Part shown: positions 9,837-20,122 of the stretch, in pieces
How positions within the stretch are numbered: position 1 is the first letter of the stretch
How the letters are laid out: every line of letters starts with the position of its first letter
From: Desulfobacterales bacterium
Lineage (GTDB): Bacteria > Desulfobacterota > Desulfobacteria > Desulfobacterales > UBA5852
NCBI GenBank assembly: GCA_963674755.2
Contig: CAXXVS010000003.1
Location: forward strand, 2,240,001-2,304,000
Length of the DNA: 64,000 bases
Direction: 5' to 3'
Notes under the pieces: generated by a model
Told to the model about the DNA's origin: nothing
Seen by the model: only the letters and a program-made list of their open reading frames with translations
The model's database searches: none
Translations under genes and position numbers: made by a program

Positions 9837-12800
9837 ATGTTCGATTTCTTTCACAAGCGTCCCTACCTGCTCTACAGCCTGATTACCGGTTTTTTCGTGC
9901 TGGGGGTTTACGGTCTGATCGAGATGCCCAAGAATCTTTTTCCGGACAGCGACCGGCCGACGATCATCGTGATGAGCCAGGTGCCCGGCGCCACGCCCAA
10001 CGTGGTTGCTGCCACGGTCTCCAAGCCCATCGAGGAGGAGGTTTCCACCCTGTCGCAGATCCGCCAGGTCAGTTCCGTCAATATCGCCGGCATGTCCATT
10101 GTCACGGCCGAGTTCGAGTACGCCAAGGGGTTGGAGTCGGCGGCGGTCGATGTCAACAACGCCGTCAACAAAGTTCGCGGCAAACTGCCCCAGGACGTCA
10201 ATCCATCCATCTACACGGCCGGCTCCCACATTCTGCCGGTGGATGTGTTCGCGCTGTCCCCGGCCGGTGGCGGCCTGACGCTGGGCGATGTGCGCAAGAT
10301 CGCCGAAAGCGACATCAAGCCAGCCCTATTGCGCAACCCCCAGGTCGGCAACGTGGAGATCTTCGGCGGCTACCAGAGCGCCATCAATATCAATGTGGAC
10401 CCGTTCAAGGCCAAGGCGGTGGGGTTGAGCCTGGATAAGATCGCGACAACGGTGCGCGCCCTGGATCGGGACGCCCCCGTCGGTTTCAGCAAGAATGCCG
10501 ATTCATTCTATACAATCACCGTTTACGGCGAAAAAGCCAGTGTCGAGGCACTGAGCATGTTGCCGGTGGCTCCCAACGTGCGCCTGGGCGATATCGCCGA
10601 CATCCGGTGGGAGCATCAAAAACGCTTTTCCGGGTATGAAGGCAACGGCAAGGCTGCCATCGCCCTGGCCATCCAGCGCGCGCCGGGCGGATCGGTGCTG
10701 TCCACCAGCAAGGCCGGCCGCGCGGTGATGGAAAAACTGAAACCACGCTATCCCAATATCCGCTTCGAGCTGGCCGACACCCAGCGCAACCTGATCCAGA
10801 CCGCCAACACCAACATGCTCGACGCCCTGCGGGACGCCATCATCTTCACCCTGCTGGTCATCCTGCTCTTCCTGGGCAACCTGCGGGCCGTGGCCGCGGC
10901 CCTGGCTTCCATTCCCATGGTGTTCTTCGCCACCCTGGCCATCATCTGGATGACCGGCGGCGAGCTGAACATCGTCATCTATACGGCCATCATCCTGGCC
11001 TTGGGCATGCTGGTGGATGACGCGGTCGTCGTCCTGGAGAACATCGAGCGCCACCTGGTGGTGCTGAAACAGGATTTGAACACTGCGATCATCGCCGGGA
11101 CAAAGGAAGTGATCGCGCCGGTGTTCGCCGGCACCGTGGCCACGGTGGCCATCATGGTTCCCTTCCTGTTTGCCGGCGATTTCCCCCAGCAGATCTTCCG
11201 ACCCCTGATCTCGACGCTGATCATCGCCCTGGTGGTTTCCTATTTCCTGTCCATCACCTTCATCCCGGCCATCTCCTTTTTCCTTTACCGCAAGGGGGTT
11301 TCCAAGACCCGCTTCGAGCAATGGCTCGAATGGCTCTACGAAAAAAGCTTCGGACGCCTGGTCGGCCCCTACCTGGCCATCCTGCGGTTTTCCGCCGGGG
11401 GCCGTTCCGGCTTGCGGCGGATCTTGATGACCGTGGGCGTGGTTGCCCTGCTGGCCGTCAGTGTGAAAACGATCATGCCGGTGATCGGCCGCGACCTCAT
11501 GCCGCCCATGGATACGGGCATCATCAAGGCCCATGTCAGATTTAGTGCCAACGAAACGGTGGACACCGCGGAAAAACGCCTCAAACCTTTTATAGCGTGG
11601 CTTCACCAACAGCCGGAAGTGGTCATGAGCTCGGTAAGCTACGGTTCCGAGCCCGGCGTGCTCTCCCTGGGGTCGGGGTCCCTGCCCGCCGAGGCCATGA
11701 TGACCATCAACTGCGTGGACCGCTTCCACCGCAAGAAGAACATCTGGTCGATCGAGGATGAAATCCGTTCGCGGCTGTCCGGTCTGCGAAACGTCAAGGC
11801 GGCCGACGTGTATGACTTCGGCGCCACCCCCATGTCCAGCATCAAGGCCCCCATCGACGTGCGGCTGCTGGCTGAAGACTATCATGTGCTGCCGCAAGCC
11901 GCGCAAAAAGCCGCGGCGGCCCTTGGAGCGGTCAAGGGATTGACCTCGGTCAGTACCAGCTGGGACAACGATTTTAGCGAAGCCCGGCTGAATATCGATA
12001 CCAACCGTGCCCTGGCCTATGGCATGACCCCGGTGCAGATCGCCGCCCAGCTTCCCCTGGCCGGTCTTCCGGTAGCGGTCAGCGCCAACCTGGTTTCCAT
12101 GCAGAACCAGTTTGTGCGCCTGTATTTCAACCGCCCGTTTGACGGCAACCCGGACCAACTGCGCCTGATCCCCATCCAGACGCCCAAGGGACCGGTACCG
12201 CTGGCGGCCCTGGCACAGATCGACTACGGGCTGACCGCCAACAAGATCGAACGCAACCAGATGCTCTACTCCCTGGATGTATCCGGTTACCGCAGCCGGC
12301 GCGCCATTTCAACGTTGACCGAGGATAGCCAGGCCGCACTGAACAAGGCCGGCATCAAAGGCGTGGAAATAAGCCAGGAGGGCGACATCAAGCAGATGAA
12401 GGACTCATTCGGGCGGATGATCAAATCCATCGGCATCGGCGTCATTCTGCTGCTCATGGCCCTGGTGGCAATTTACCAATCGGTGCGTCTGGCTGTCGTT
12501 ATGGTCCTGGTGCTGCCGCTGGCCATGATCGGCGCCTCCTGGGGCATGCTGGCCTTCAACAAGCCCAGCTGCATGCCCAGCCTGGTGGGCATCTTGCTGC
12601 TATTCGGCATCATCATCAAAAATTCGATTCTATTGATCGATTTTTACCAGGAATTCAGAAAGAAAGATGAGACGCCTTTTGAGGCGGCCCTGGAAAGCGT
12701 GCGGGTGCGCTTCCGGCCCGTCTTCATGACCGCCTTCGGCACCATCGCCGGCATGATCCCCATCGCTTTTGAGTGGGCCGTGGGACTGGAGCGGCTCTCG

Positions 12801-12902
12801 CCCCTGGCCGATGTGGCGGTGGGGGGGTTATTGGTGGGAACCGTGCTGACCCTGATTTATATTCCCATGTTTGCCTACAGCGTGGACCGCAAAAACCTGT
12901 AA
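9837..12902 (+). CDS. RND efflux permease (AcrB/CzcA superfamily)
   Basis: 1021 aa; GMLVDDAVVVLENI, GIIIKNSILLID, RFRPVFMT motifs. Confidence 0.93.
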   Translation: MFDFFHKRPYLLYSLITGFFVLGVYGLIEMPKNLFPDSDRPTIIVMSQVPGATPNVVAATVSKPIEEEVSTLSQIRQVSSVNIAGMSIVTAEFEYAKGLESAAVDVNNAVNKVRGKLPQDVNPSIYTAGSHILPVDVFALSPAGGGLTLGDVRKIAESDIKPALLRNPQVGNVEIFGGYQSAININVDPFKAKAVGLSLDKIATTVRALDRDAPVGFSKNADSFYTITVYGEKASVEALSMLPVAPNVRLGDIADIRWEHQKRFSGYEGNGKAAIALAIQRAPGGSVLSTSKAGRAVMEKLKPRYPNIRFELADTQRNLIQTANTNMLDALRDAIIFTLLVILLFLGNLRAVAAALASIPMVFFATLAIIWMTGGELNIVIYTAIILALGMLVDDAVVVLENIERHLVVLKQDLNTAIIAGTKEVIAPVFAGTVATVAIMVPFLFAGDFPQQIFRPLISTLIIALVVSYFLSITFIPAISFFLYRKGVSKTRFEQWLEWLYEKSFGRLVGPYLAILRFSAGGRSGLRRILMTVGVVALLAVSVKTIMPVIGRDLMPPMDTGIIKAHVRFSANETVDTAEKRLKPFIAWLHQQPEVVMSSVSYGSEPGVLSLGSGSLPAEAMMTINCVDRFHRKKNIWSIEDEIRSRLSGLRNVKAADVYDFGATPMSSIKAPIDVRLLAEDYHVLPQAAQKAAAALGAVKGLTSVSTSWDNDFSEARLNIDTNRALAYGMTPVQIAAQLPLAGLPVAVSANLVSMQNQFVRLYFNRPFDGNPDQLRLIPIQTPKGPVPLAALAQIDYGLTANKIERNQMLYSLDVSGYRSRRAISTLTEDSQAALNKAGIKGVEISQEGDIKQMKDSFGRMIKSIGIGVILLLMALVAIYQSVRLAVVMVLVLPLAMIGASWGMLAFNKPSCMPSLVGILLLFGIIIKNSILLIDFYQEFRKKDETPFEAALESVRVRFRPVFMTAFGTIAGMIPIAFEWAVGLERLSPLADVAVGGLLVGTVLTLIYIPMFAYSVDRKNL

Positions 12903-12978
12903 ACGGCACAATGATATTGACGGCTTTATTCGCGCAACATGTGTCACGGGCCGTTGAAGGGAAAGGATCGTTTCCGAA

Positions 12979-13767
12979 ATGACTGGAAAGACAAAGGCGC
13001 CCGAATCATTGCTTCCGGAACAGGCCTGCGTGCAGGTCGCCGCGGAATTGGAGCGCCAGCTTTTGCCCAAAACCGCCCCCCTTATCGGTGGGGCGGAAGT
13101 CGCCGGTTGGTCGATATATTCTTCCAAGCTCGGTGGTGATTTTTTCGATTATCACGTTTTTGAAGGGGTTTGCTGCCCATCGTCGAGGTCGATGCGCATT
13201 GTCGTCGGTGATGCCTCCGATCACGGCCTTTGCTCCGCGCTGCTGATGACCACCACCCGCGCCTATTTGCGCGCCCGGGCCATGCAGCCGGGGACGTTGG
13301 CCCAGGTGATCGATGATGTCAACCGGCTTCTGTGCATGGATACGGCGTCGGCCGGACATTTTGTAACGGCGTTTTTCGCTCTGGTGGACGGGCCCGCAAG
13401 AAAGATCGCGTGGGTTCGCGCCGGACATGACCCGGCCTTGATTTATGATCCCGACAAGGACGTATTCGAGCCGTTGAATGGTTCGGGCATCGCGTTGGGC
13501 GTCGATCCGCAAGCCCGCTACACAATGAACACCCGAACGGACTTACCGAGGGGTGCCGTTATTGCGATTGGCACGGATGGTCTTTGGGAAGCCAGATTGG
13601 GAAGCGTTGGCGCTTCCGGCAGGGAAATCGTTCAAGATCTGGTGCGCCGGCATCGCCATAAGCGTGCCGCCGACATCGCCGAAGCCGTCAAGGAAGCCGT
13701 CCATGATTCGTATCGCGACTCCCAAGCAGAAGACGACATGACCTTTGTGACGGTAAAGCTTGTGTGA
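12979..13767 (+). CDS. PP2C/SpoIIE-family Ser/Thr phosphatase (stand-alone)
   Basis: GGDFFD, VGDASDHG, AGHDP, GTDGLWE, EDDMT motifs. Confidence 0.85.
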   Translation: MTGKTKAPESLLPEQACVQVAAELERQLLPKTAPLIGGAEVAGWSIYSSKLGGDFFDYHVFEGVCCPSSRSMRIVVGDASDHGLCSALLMTTTRAYLRARAMQPGTLAQVIDDVNRLLCMDTASAGHFVTAFFALVDGPARKIAWVRAGHDPALIYDPDKDVFEPLNGSGIALGVDPQARYTMNTRTDLPRGAVIAIGTDGLWEARLGSVGASGREIVQDLVRRHRHKRAADIAEAVKEAVHDSYRDSQAEDDMTFVTVKLV

Positions 13768-13923
13768 TCGAAGGGACAAGTGGCGCTAAGCCATACACGT
13801 CTATCAGGTGATCCGCTCCAGGCTTCGTGCATCTCACGGGGCGCCTAAGAATTGGAATAGGATAACCACCTTAAGCAATGCGGCATGACCCACCCCTCTC
13901 CTTGGCAACCTTCGAGAGGCTTG

Positions 13924-14113
13924 ATTGTTTTCGTCAAGGTGGGGGGAAGAGCAGGTCCTCGTGGCCCACTACGGCATCCGCTCTATTCCGGTACAGGTAT
14001 TCTTCGATGCAAACGGGCAGGAGGCATTCCGGCACGTCGGTTTTTATGCTGATAAGAGCGTTCTGAAATTATTGCACAAAGCAGGTTTAAAGCCATTGGG
14101 AATCGAGGATGCC
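13924..14113 (+). pseudogene. C-terminal remnant of a thioredoxin, frameshifted in a G6 run
   Basis: IVFVKVG / EEQVLVAHYGIRSIPVQVFFDANGQEAFRHVGF resembles the C-half of 6339..6731; no CxxC; extra G in 13941..13946. Confidence 0.65.
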
Positions 14114-14821
14114 ATGTTCGACCAATTTCTAATCACGGTTAACCAATGGATGTCCGGCGGGCTGGCCTTGGCCGCTGTCGGGACCTTTGCCTGGGGCATG
14201 GTCAGCGTGCTGTTCTCCCCCTGCCACCTGGCTTCCATCCCGCTGATAGTGGCCTATGTGGGCGGCCAGCAGACCGCCGTGCACCCCCGGCGGGCCGCCT
14301 GGTATGCCATCGTTTTTTCATTGGGCTTATTCATAACCATTGCCGTGGTGGGCATTGTGTGCGCCGCCTTGGGTCGCATGCTCGGCGACGTGGGGTCCTG
14401 GTGGCAGGTCCTGGTCGGCATCGTTTTGATTTGGGTGGCCCTGGGGATGCTGGGGGTGCAGGCCTGCACCATGTCCGGATCGCTGCTGTATCGGCTCAAC
14501 CTGCGCGGCATCCATGGCGCCTTCGGACTGGGGCTGGCCTACGGCATTTTATCCGGCTCGTGCACCTTCGGTTTCATCGCTCCGATCCTGGCCATCGTCA
14601 CCGTGCAGCAGAAAGTCTTCGCCGGGTCGCTGATGATGATGATGTTCGCCGTGGGGCACTGCCTGCCCATCGCCGTGGCGGGAAGTTCCACGGCCCTGGT
14701 GCGCAGGATTACGGAAAACAGCGCCTGGCAGGGGGCCGGGTTGTGGTTCCGGCGGGGCGCCGGTGTCGTGATCGCCCTTTTGGGGGGCTATTTTATGGCC
14801 AGCCCGTTTGTCGCGATATGA
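14114..14821 (+). CDS. ccdA: CcdA/DsbD-type cytochrome c biogenesis / disulfide transfer protein
   Basis: GAGG RBS, FSPCHLASIP and GSCT Cys motifs, about 6 TM. Confidence 0.85.
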   Translation: MFDQFLITVNQWMSGGLALAAVGTFAWGMVSVLFSPCHLASIPLIVAYVGGQQTAVHPRRAAWYAIVFSLGLFITIAVVGIVCAALGRMLGDVGSWWQVLVGIVLIWVALGMLGVQACTMSGSLLYRLNLRGIHGAFGLGLAYGILSGSCTFGFIAPILAIVTVQQKVFAGSLMMMMFAVGHCLPIAVAGSSTALVRRITENSAWQGAGLWFRRGAGVVIALLGGYFMASPFVAI

Positions 14822-14911
14822 AGAAGTCATAACAGACAGAAAGTACCCGCAGAAAATGGACCTTGGGAAAATTCGTGCAAGCGATGATGCCATGCGCGCA
14901 GGGGTGACCAA

Positions 14912-16363
14912 TTGAAGCGCGATCGATGGACCGAAAACCGTCCGCCCGAGGATTTGGCGCGATCTGTTGTGGATGCCTGCACGGATTGCGATGTCTGCCG
15001 GTATCTCATGCCCGGGGATTGCCTGCTGTTCGACGATCTCTACCGGCTCCACGACCGGGCGGAAAACGGCGGCGGCCCCATCTCAGTCGTCGATTTGCGG
15101 CAGATGGTGGATCTCTGCACCTATTGCGGCCTTTGCACTTGTTCAGACATCCGGGCGGACATTATCGCCGCCAAGACCGGTTTTATCGCAAAGGAGGGAC
15201 TGCCGTTAGGCGTTCGGCTAATGACCCGCCTGGAAGCGGTGGCCAGGATCGGTGAGCGCATTCCGCGACTGACCAATGCCCTGATAAAGAACCGGGCGCT
15301 GGCCGGACTGATGAAACGCTTGGCGGGCATTCATTCGGAACGTAACCTGCCGACGTTCCCCGCGGAGTCCTTTCCCGAATGGGTCGCCCGCGAGGGAATT
15401 GACCGCAAACCGTCGGGCCAGGCTTCGCCCAAGGTCGCCTATTTCGCCGGCTGCACCGGACGCCATCTTTTCCCGGCCGTGCCCCGGGCCGTGGTCCAAA
15501 CCCTCCGGCGCTTCGGTGTTTCGGTTTACTATCCCACCCAGCACTGCTGCGGCATGCCGACGTTCGCGGAAGGCGATTGGGAACAGACCCTGGGTTGGGT
15601 TCGCCGTACCATCGATCAGCTGGCGGCGTTGGTCGACGAGGGCTTTGCCATCGTATGCTCCTGCCCCACTTGCGGCTATATGCTCAAGACGGTGATCCGT
15701 GAGCGAGCGGACTATGCCGAGGCCCGTCAAGCGGACTTGGGTGACGACGACCGCTTCCTTTTCGTGCCGGACGAGACCGTTGCGGCCCGGGGCGGCAAGC
15801 GGCCCGTGAAAAAGCTGTTAAAGAGCATGTACGGGAAGCTGCTGCGGGATGACGGTTATTTTGCCGGCATCGATCCGGTGCGGCGGGTGACGGTGGCCGA
15901 GAACACGTTTGACGCCGGCGAATATCTTCTGGGCCTTATTCAAGAACGCCCATTGTCACCTAAGTCGGCATGGCGTCTCGGCCGGCTGGCGTATTTCGTT
16001 CCCTGCCATCAGCGGGAGCAGCAGATCGGCCGTCCCTATCTCGATCTGCTGCAAAGGATATCCGGGTTGGCCATGGATGTCGTGGACGGTCCCTATGACT
16101 GCTGCGGCATGGGGGGCAACATGGGTTTCAAGAAAGACTTCCACGAGGCGTCGCTCCGGCTGGCGGCGCCGATTATGAAGAAAATTCGCCATTTGAATCC
16201 CGACGGCATCGTGACCGACTGCCTGAGCTGTCGGCTGCAGTTCAGGCATGCCTTGCCCTATCCCGTGTATCACCCGATGGAAATTTTAAATGCCCTTGAG
16301 GTGAATGAGAATCCTCGCGTACCAACAGCCAGCGCTTGTGGAAGGGTGCTTGACCGGAAGTAA
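14912..16363 (+). CDS. Fe-S/CCG-domain oxidoreductase (GlpC/HdrD-like)
   Basis: CTDCDVC and CTYCGLC ferredoxin motifs; two CCG domains (YFAGC..CCG..CPTC; PCH..CCG..CLSC). Confidence 0.82.
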   Translation: MKRDRWTENRPPEDLARSVVDACTDCDVCRYLMPGDCLLFDDLYRLHDRAENGGGPISVVDLRQMVDLCTYCGLCTCSDIRADIIAAKTGFIAKEGLPLGVRLMTRLEAVARIGERIPRLTNALIKNRALAGLMKRLAGIHSERNLPTFPAESFPEWVAREGIDRKPSGQASPKVAYFAGCTGRHLFPAVPRAVVQTLRRFGVSVYYPTQHCCGMPTFAEGDWEQTLGWVRRTIDQLAALVDEGFAIVCSCPTCGYMLKTVIRERADYAEARQADLGDDDRFLFVPDETVAARGGKRPVKKLLKSMYGKLLRDDGYFAGIDPVRRVTVAENTFDAGEYLLGLIQERPLSPKSAWRLGRLAYFVPCHQREQQIGRPYLDLLQRISGLAMDVVDGPYDCCGMGGNMGFKKDFHEASLRLAAPIMKKIRHLNPDGIVTDCLSCRLQFRHALPYPVYHPMEILNALEVNENPRVPTASACGRVLDRK

Positions 16364-16559
16364 GTATCAGGCCGTCTCCCATTGCGGTTTCACCCATGAT
16401 AGCGGCTCGATGTTCCGTCCTGTCCTAATCAGAGCATGCCGCAGGTTGGGACAGTGGCACGTAATATGTAAAATGTAAGCCCCAAACTTATTGCGATATC
16501 CCAAATCAGATCAATTAATTACAAAGGGGCTCTATATTTATCGTAACCTTTCCGATATC

Positions 16560-16589
16560 TTGACAATTTTTCCATTATTTTGCTAAGCT
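16560..16589 (+). promoter_or_regulatory. Putative sigma70 promoter of the cyclase gene
   Basis: TTGACA-N18-TAAGCT with TGn extended -10. Confidence 0.45.
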
Positions 16590-16720
16590 TTTTACGTTTA
16601 CCCATCCTGTGACCCGCGACCGACCCGATCATCAATCATCAACTGACCTACCCCTTCACGCTGAGCTCTTTTCTGTCAGCATTTTCAATTGCCCAGCATT
16701 TCATGATTTGGGAGCCGCCT

Positions 16721-19700
16721 GTGAAATGCCCAAATTGCCAGTTTGAGAACCCAAACGGCATGAAATATTGTGGCGAATGTGGGCAAGAAATCCATCCCTC
16801 ATGCCCGCGTTGCGGTTTCACCAATCCTCTCAACTTTAAATTCTGTGGAAATTGTGGCTGTGGGTTATCAGCCGTGGAAAAAGCAATGGTCGATATTGCT
16901 CCACAGCCTGAGGAAATCCCCGTTGGTGAAGATTACCATAATGAGAATGCCTGCTACGGTCCAGATAGCGAGCGCAAATGCGTCACCGTCATGTTTTCAG
17001 ACCTGACGGGCTATACGGAAATGTCCGAGAAGCTCGATCCAGAAGAGGTCAAAGAAATCACAAGCGCTATTTTTGGCGAACTTACCAAAATCATCGAAAA
17101 GTATGATGGATTTATCGAAAAATACATCGGTGACGCCATCCTTGTCGTTTTTGGCGCGAAGGAGGCCTTTGAAGATAGCGCCCTGAGAGCCATCAAAGCA
17201 GCCCGCGAAATCCACGCTCATGTCGAATCCGTTAGTCCCAAATACGAAGAACTTATCGGTCGTGCTCTAACCATGCACACCGGTATCAAAACCGGTGTCG
17301 TCGTGACGGGCGAGATCAACTTTGAAAAGGGCACCCATGGCCTTGTGGGAGACACCATAAACACGGCAGCCAGAATAATGAGCGTCAGTCAGTCCGGAGA
17401 AATCATTGTCGATAAAAATTCTTTTACTCAAACCGAGGCGTATTTCGAGTTCGAAGCCCTGGAACCTGTCATGGTCAAAGGGAAAAAGAACCCCATTCCG
17501 ATCTATAGGGTCACCAAATCGATTCACACGCCTCAAAAACTCCATAGATTGCATGGTCTGCGGTCTGAGCTCATAGGACGCTCCATTGAAATGCAGATCT
17601 TGGAGGAGTCGATAGAGAATCTGCACCAGGGCCAGACAGCGATTTTGTCCGTAAGTGGTACCGCAGGTACTGGAAAAAGTCGCCTAGTCTTGGAATTCAA
17701 GGGAAAACTTGATCTTAACAATATCCAATGGTTTGATGCCCATGCCTATCCGCATACTCAAAACACCCCATACTCTCCATTGATCGATCTTTTTACCAGG
17801 ACCTTTCGAATTGAAGAAGGTGACGGTACTGAAACGATCCAAGGCAAAGTTGAGAATGGTTTAAAAGATGTGCCAAACCTCGATCAAAAGGCAATTTCCT
17901 ATATCCTTAGCTTGTTCTCAATAGAGACAGATGAGACACATGATGCAAGTCCTGAATTCTGGCAAAAACAGCTCTTTAAAATGGTCCGAAAAGTCATCGA
18001 AGCTTTATCGGCTCTTGGGCCAACTATAATTTGTATTGAGGATCTGCAGTGGGCAGACTCATCATTCATCCAACTTATAAAGCGCATTTCTACAACTATC
18101 AACGGAACGGTACTTTTCATTTTTACTTATCGCCCTCATTTTTCTCTTTTTGATGACGATATTCCTAATGAGATTAAAGACCGATATCGCGATATTCCCC
18201 TCAAAGAGCTATCTGCTCGTGAATCCTCGCTGATGATAAAATCATTACTGAGGACAGAAGACGTTCCTAAGAAACTTTATAAATTTGCAGAGCAGAAAGC
18301 CCAAGGTAACCCTTTTTACATCGAGGAAATGATCAATTCTCTAATCGAAAGCGATATCATAATCCATGACGATGGAAACTGGCTCCAGACTCGTCAAATC
18401 ACTGAGGTAGACATCCCAGTAACTATTCACGGTTTGCTTGCAGCACGTGTCGATCGGTTAGAGAAACGAATCAAGCGGATTTTGCAGGAAGCATCAGTAA
18501 TAGGCCGGTCATTTCTTTTTAGAATACTTGAGAGGATTTCAGATATCAACAGTGGAATCGATCAGTGTCTTAGAAGTCTTGTGAATTTAGACTTGATTAT
18601 TATGCAATCTATAGAACCGGATCTTGAGTATATTTTTAAACATGCGTTGATTCAAGAGGTGGTTTATAATGGCTTGCTAATAAAAGAGAGGAAGGAAATT
18701 CATGAGCGCATTGCATCTTCTATCGAACAAATCTTTAAAGACAGGCTACCTGAGTTTTATGAAAATCTTGCATTTCATTTCCGACTAGGAAAATCAGGAA
18801 ATAAAGCTGTAGAGTATATGATAAAAGCAGGTGAAAAAAGTTACTCCCGGTTTTCTTTGGAGGAAGCGCATCAATACTTTAGTGGAGCATACAATTTGCT
18901 CATTGAAAATGATAAATGTACAGAAAAAGAAAATCAAGCTATAGTTGATCTAATAATTAAATGGGGAAACGTCCTTAACTGTCGCGGAGACTTTAATCAT
19001 TTAGAAAAACTTTTGATTGCCAATGAAAGGATAGCTAAGTCTATAGACGACAAGGAAAGACTGGGCATGTTTTATGCTTGGTTTGGTTATACCCTTAGAT
19101 CCAATGAAAAGCTCCGAGAAGGTTATCTTTATTTGATCGAAGCCCTTCAAATTGGAGAGGAGATATCAAACCAAAAAATAGTTGGATATGCCTGTTGCTG
19201 GCTTACCTGGTGTTGTGCTGACATGGGTCGTCTAGATGAAGCAATCAAGTATGGTAAACGCGCTAAGGAATTGATTCCGGCATTAAATTTAGATAGAGAT
19301 TTTATTCGTTTTACGCTCGCTGGGTTGGGAATGAGCCATTTCTTTAAAGGCGATTGTCAACAAGTTTTTAAGATTGGAAATGATCTTTTGGGATATGGAA
19401 AACAAAAATCTGACATCAGATGTATGACTCAAGGATATAATATAATTGGCTGGAGTTATTATGTCGCTGGAAATTATGATCAAGCGATTCAGAACTTTCA
19501 GATAGCAACTCAAATATCCGCAGACTTAGTTTTCGAAATAACAGCACATTTGTTCTTAGGTATCTCATATATATTGAGTAAGAGATTGGATGAAGCAGCA
19601 GAAACGTTTGATAATATATCTCATCATATAGAGAAAACAAACGCTAAGTTTATTGGAAACTTCGCCCAGTTTTTTTTCAGTGTATATAGCGTCTCACAGG

Positions 19701-20122
19701 GAGAATTAGAATACGGTCTATTAAAAGCCAAGAATGTAACTGACTCCTTTCTTGAAAATGGTAGTATGTATCGATATGCTTCAGCCAATCATGTTTTAGG
19801 TAGAGTTTATTCAAGTTTAGCTGTTGGAGATAACAGGAAAAGTATTTCCCTTTTTGTTAAAAATCTCTTTTTCCTGATAAGAAACATTCCATTTGCAAGC
19901 AAAAAAGCCGTAAATTATTTTGATGAATCCATTTCTGTTGCCAAAAAAATCGGTGCAAAGGGAATATTGGGGCAAGCTTATCTTGATTTAGGGCTTCTTT
20001 ACAAAGCTAAAAAGAGAAACCACAAAGCACAAGAATATATTTTAGAGGCTGTAAAAATTTTCGACGAATGCAATGCTGATGTATTTCAAAAAATAGCGAA
20101 AGAGTCACTGCCGACACTTTGA
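16721..20122 (+). CDS. Double zinc ribbon - class III adenylate/guanylate cyclase - AAA/STAND ATPase - TPR protein
   Basis: Four CxxC pairs; FSDLTGYT, KYIGDA, GDTINTAAR; Walker A GTAGTGKS, Walker B ICIEDLQW, GNPF; TPR-like C-terminus. GGAG RBS before GTG 16721. Confidence 0.9.
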   Translation: MKCPNCQFENPNGMKYCGECGQEIHPSCPRCGFTNPLNFKFCGNCGCGLSAVEKAMVDIAPQPEEIPVGEDYHNENACYGPDSERKCVTVMFSDLTGYTEMSEKLDPEEVKEITSAIFGELTKIIEKYDGFIEKYIGDAILVVFGAKEAFEDSALRAIKAAREIHAHVESVSPKYEELIGRALTMHTGIKTGVVVTGEINFEKGTHGLVGDTINTAARIMSVSQSGEIIVDKNSFTQTEAYFEFEALEPVMVKGKKNPIPIYRVTKSIHTPQKLHRLHGLRSELIGRSIEMQILEESIENLHQGQTAILSVSGTAGTGKSRLVLEFKGKLDLNNIQWFDAHAYPHTQNTPYSPLIDLFTRTFRIEEGDGTETIQGKVENGLKDVPNLDQKAISYILSLFSIETDETHDASPEFWQKQLFKMVRKVIEALSALGPTIICIEDLQWADSSFIQLIKRISTTINGTVLFIFTYRPHFSLFDDDIPNEIKDRYRDIPLKELSARESSLMIKSLLRTEDVPKKLYKFAEQKAQGNPFYIEEMINSLIESDIIIHDDGNWLQTRQITEVDIPVTIHGLLAARVDRLEKRIKRILQEASVIGRSFLFRILERISDINSGIDQCLRSLVNLDLIIMQSIEPDLEYIFKHALIQEVVYNGLLIKERKEIHERIASSIEQIFKDRLPEFYENLAFHFRLGKSGNKAVEYMIKAGEKSYSRFSLEEAHQYFSGAYNLLIENDKCTEKENQAIVDLIIKWGNVLNCRGDFNHLEKLLIANERIAKSIDDKERLGMFYAWFGYTLRSNEKLREGYLYLIEALQIGEEISNQKIVGYACCWLTWCCADMGRLDEAIKYGKRAKELIPALNLDRDFIRFTLAGLGMSHFFKGDCQQVFKIGNDLLGYGKQKSDIRCMTQGYNIIGWSYYVAGNYDQAIQNFQIATQISADLVFEITAHLFLGISYILSKRLDEAAETFDNISHHIEKTNAKFIGNFAQFFFSVYSVSQGELEYGLLKAKNVTDSFLENGSMYRYASANHVLGRVYSSLAVGDNRKSISLFVKNLFFLIRNIPFASKKAVNYFDESISVAKKIGAKGILGQAYLDLGLLYKAKKRNHKAQEYILEAVKIFDECNADVFQKIAKESLPTL

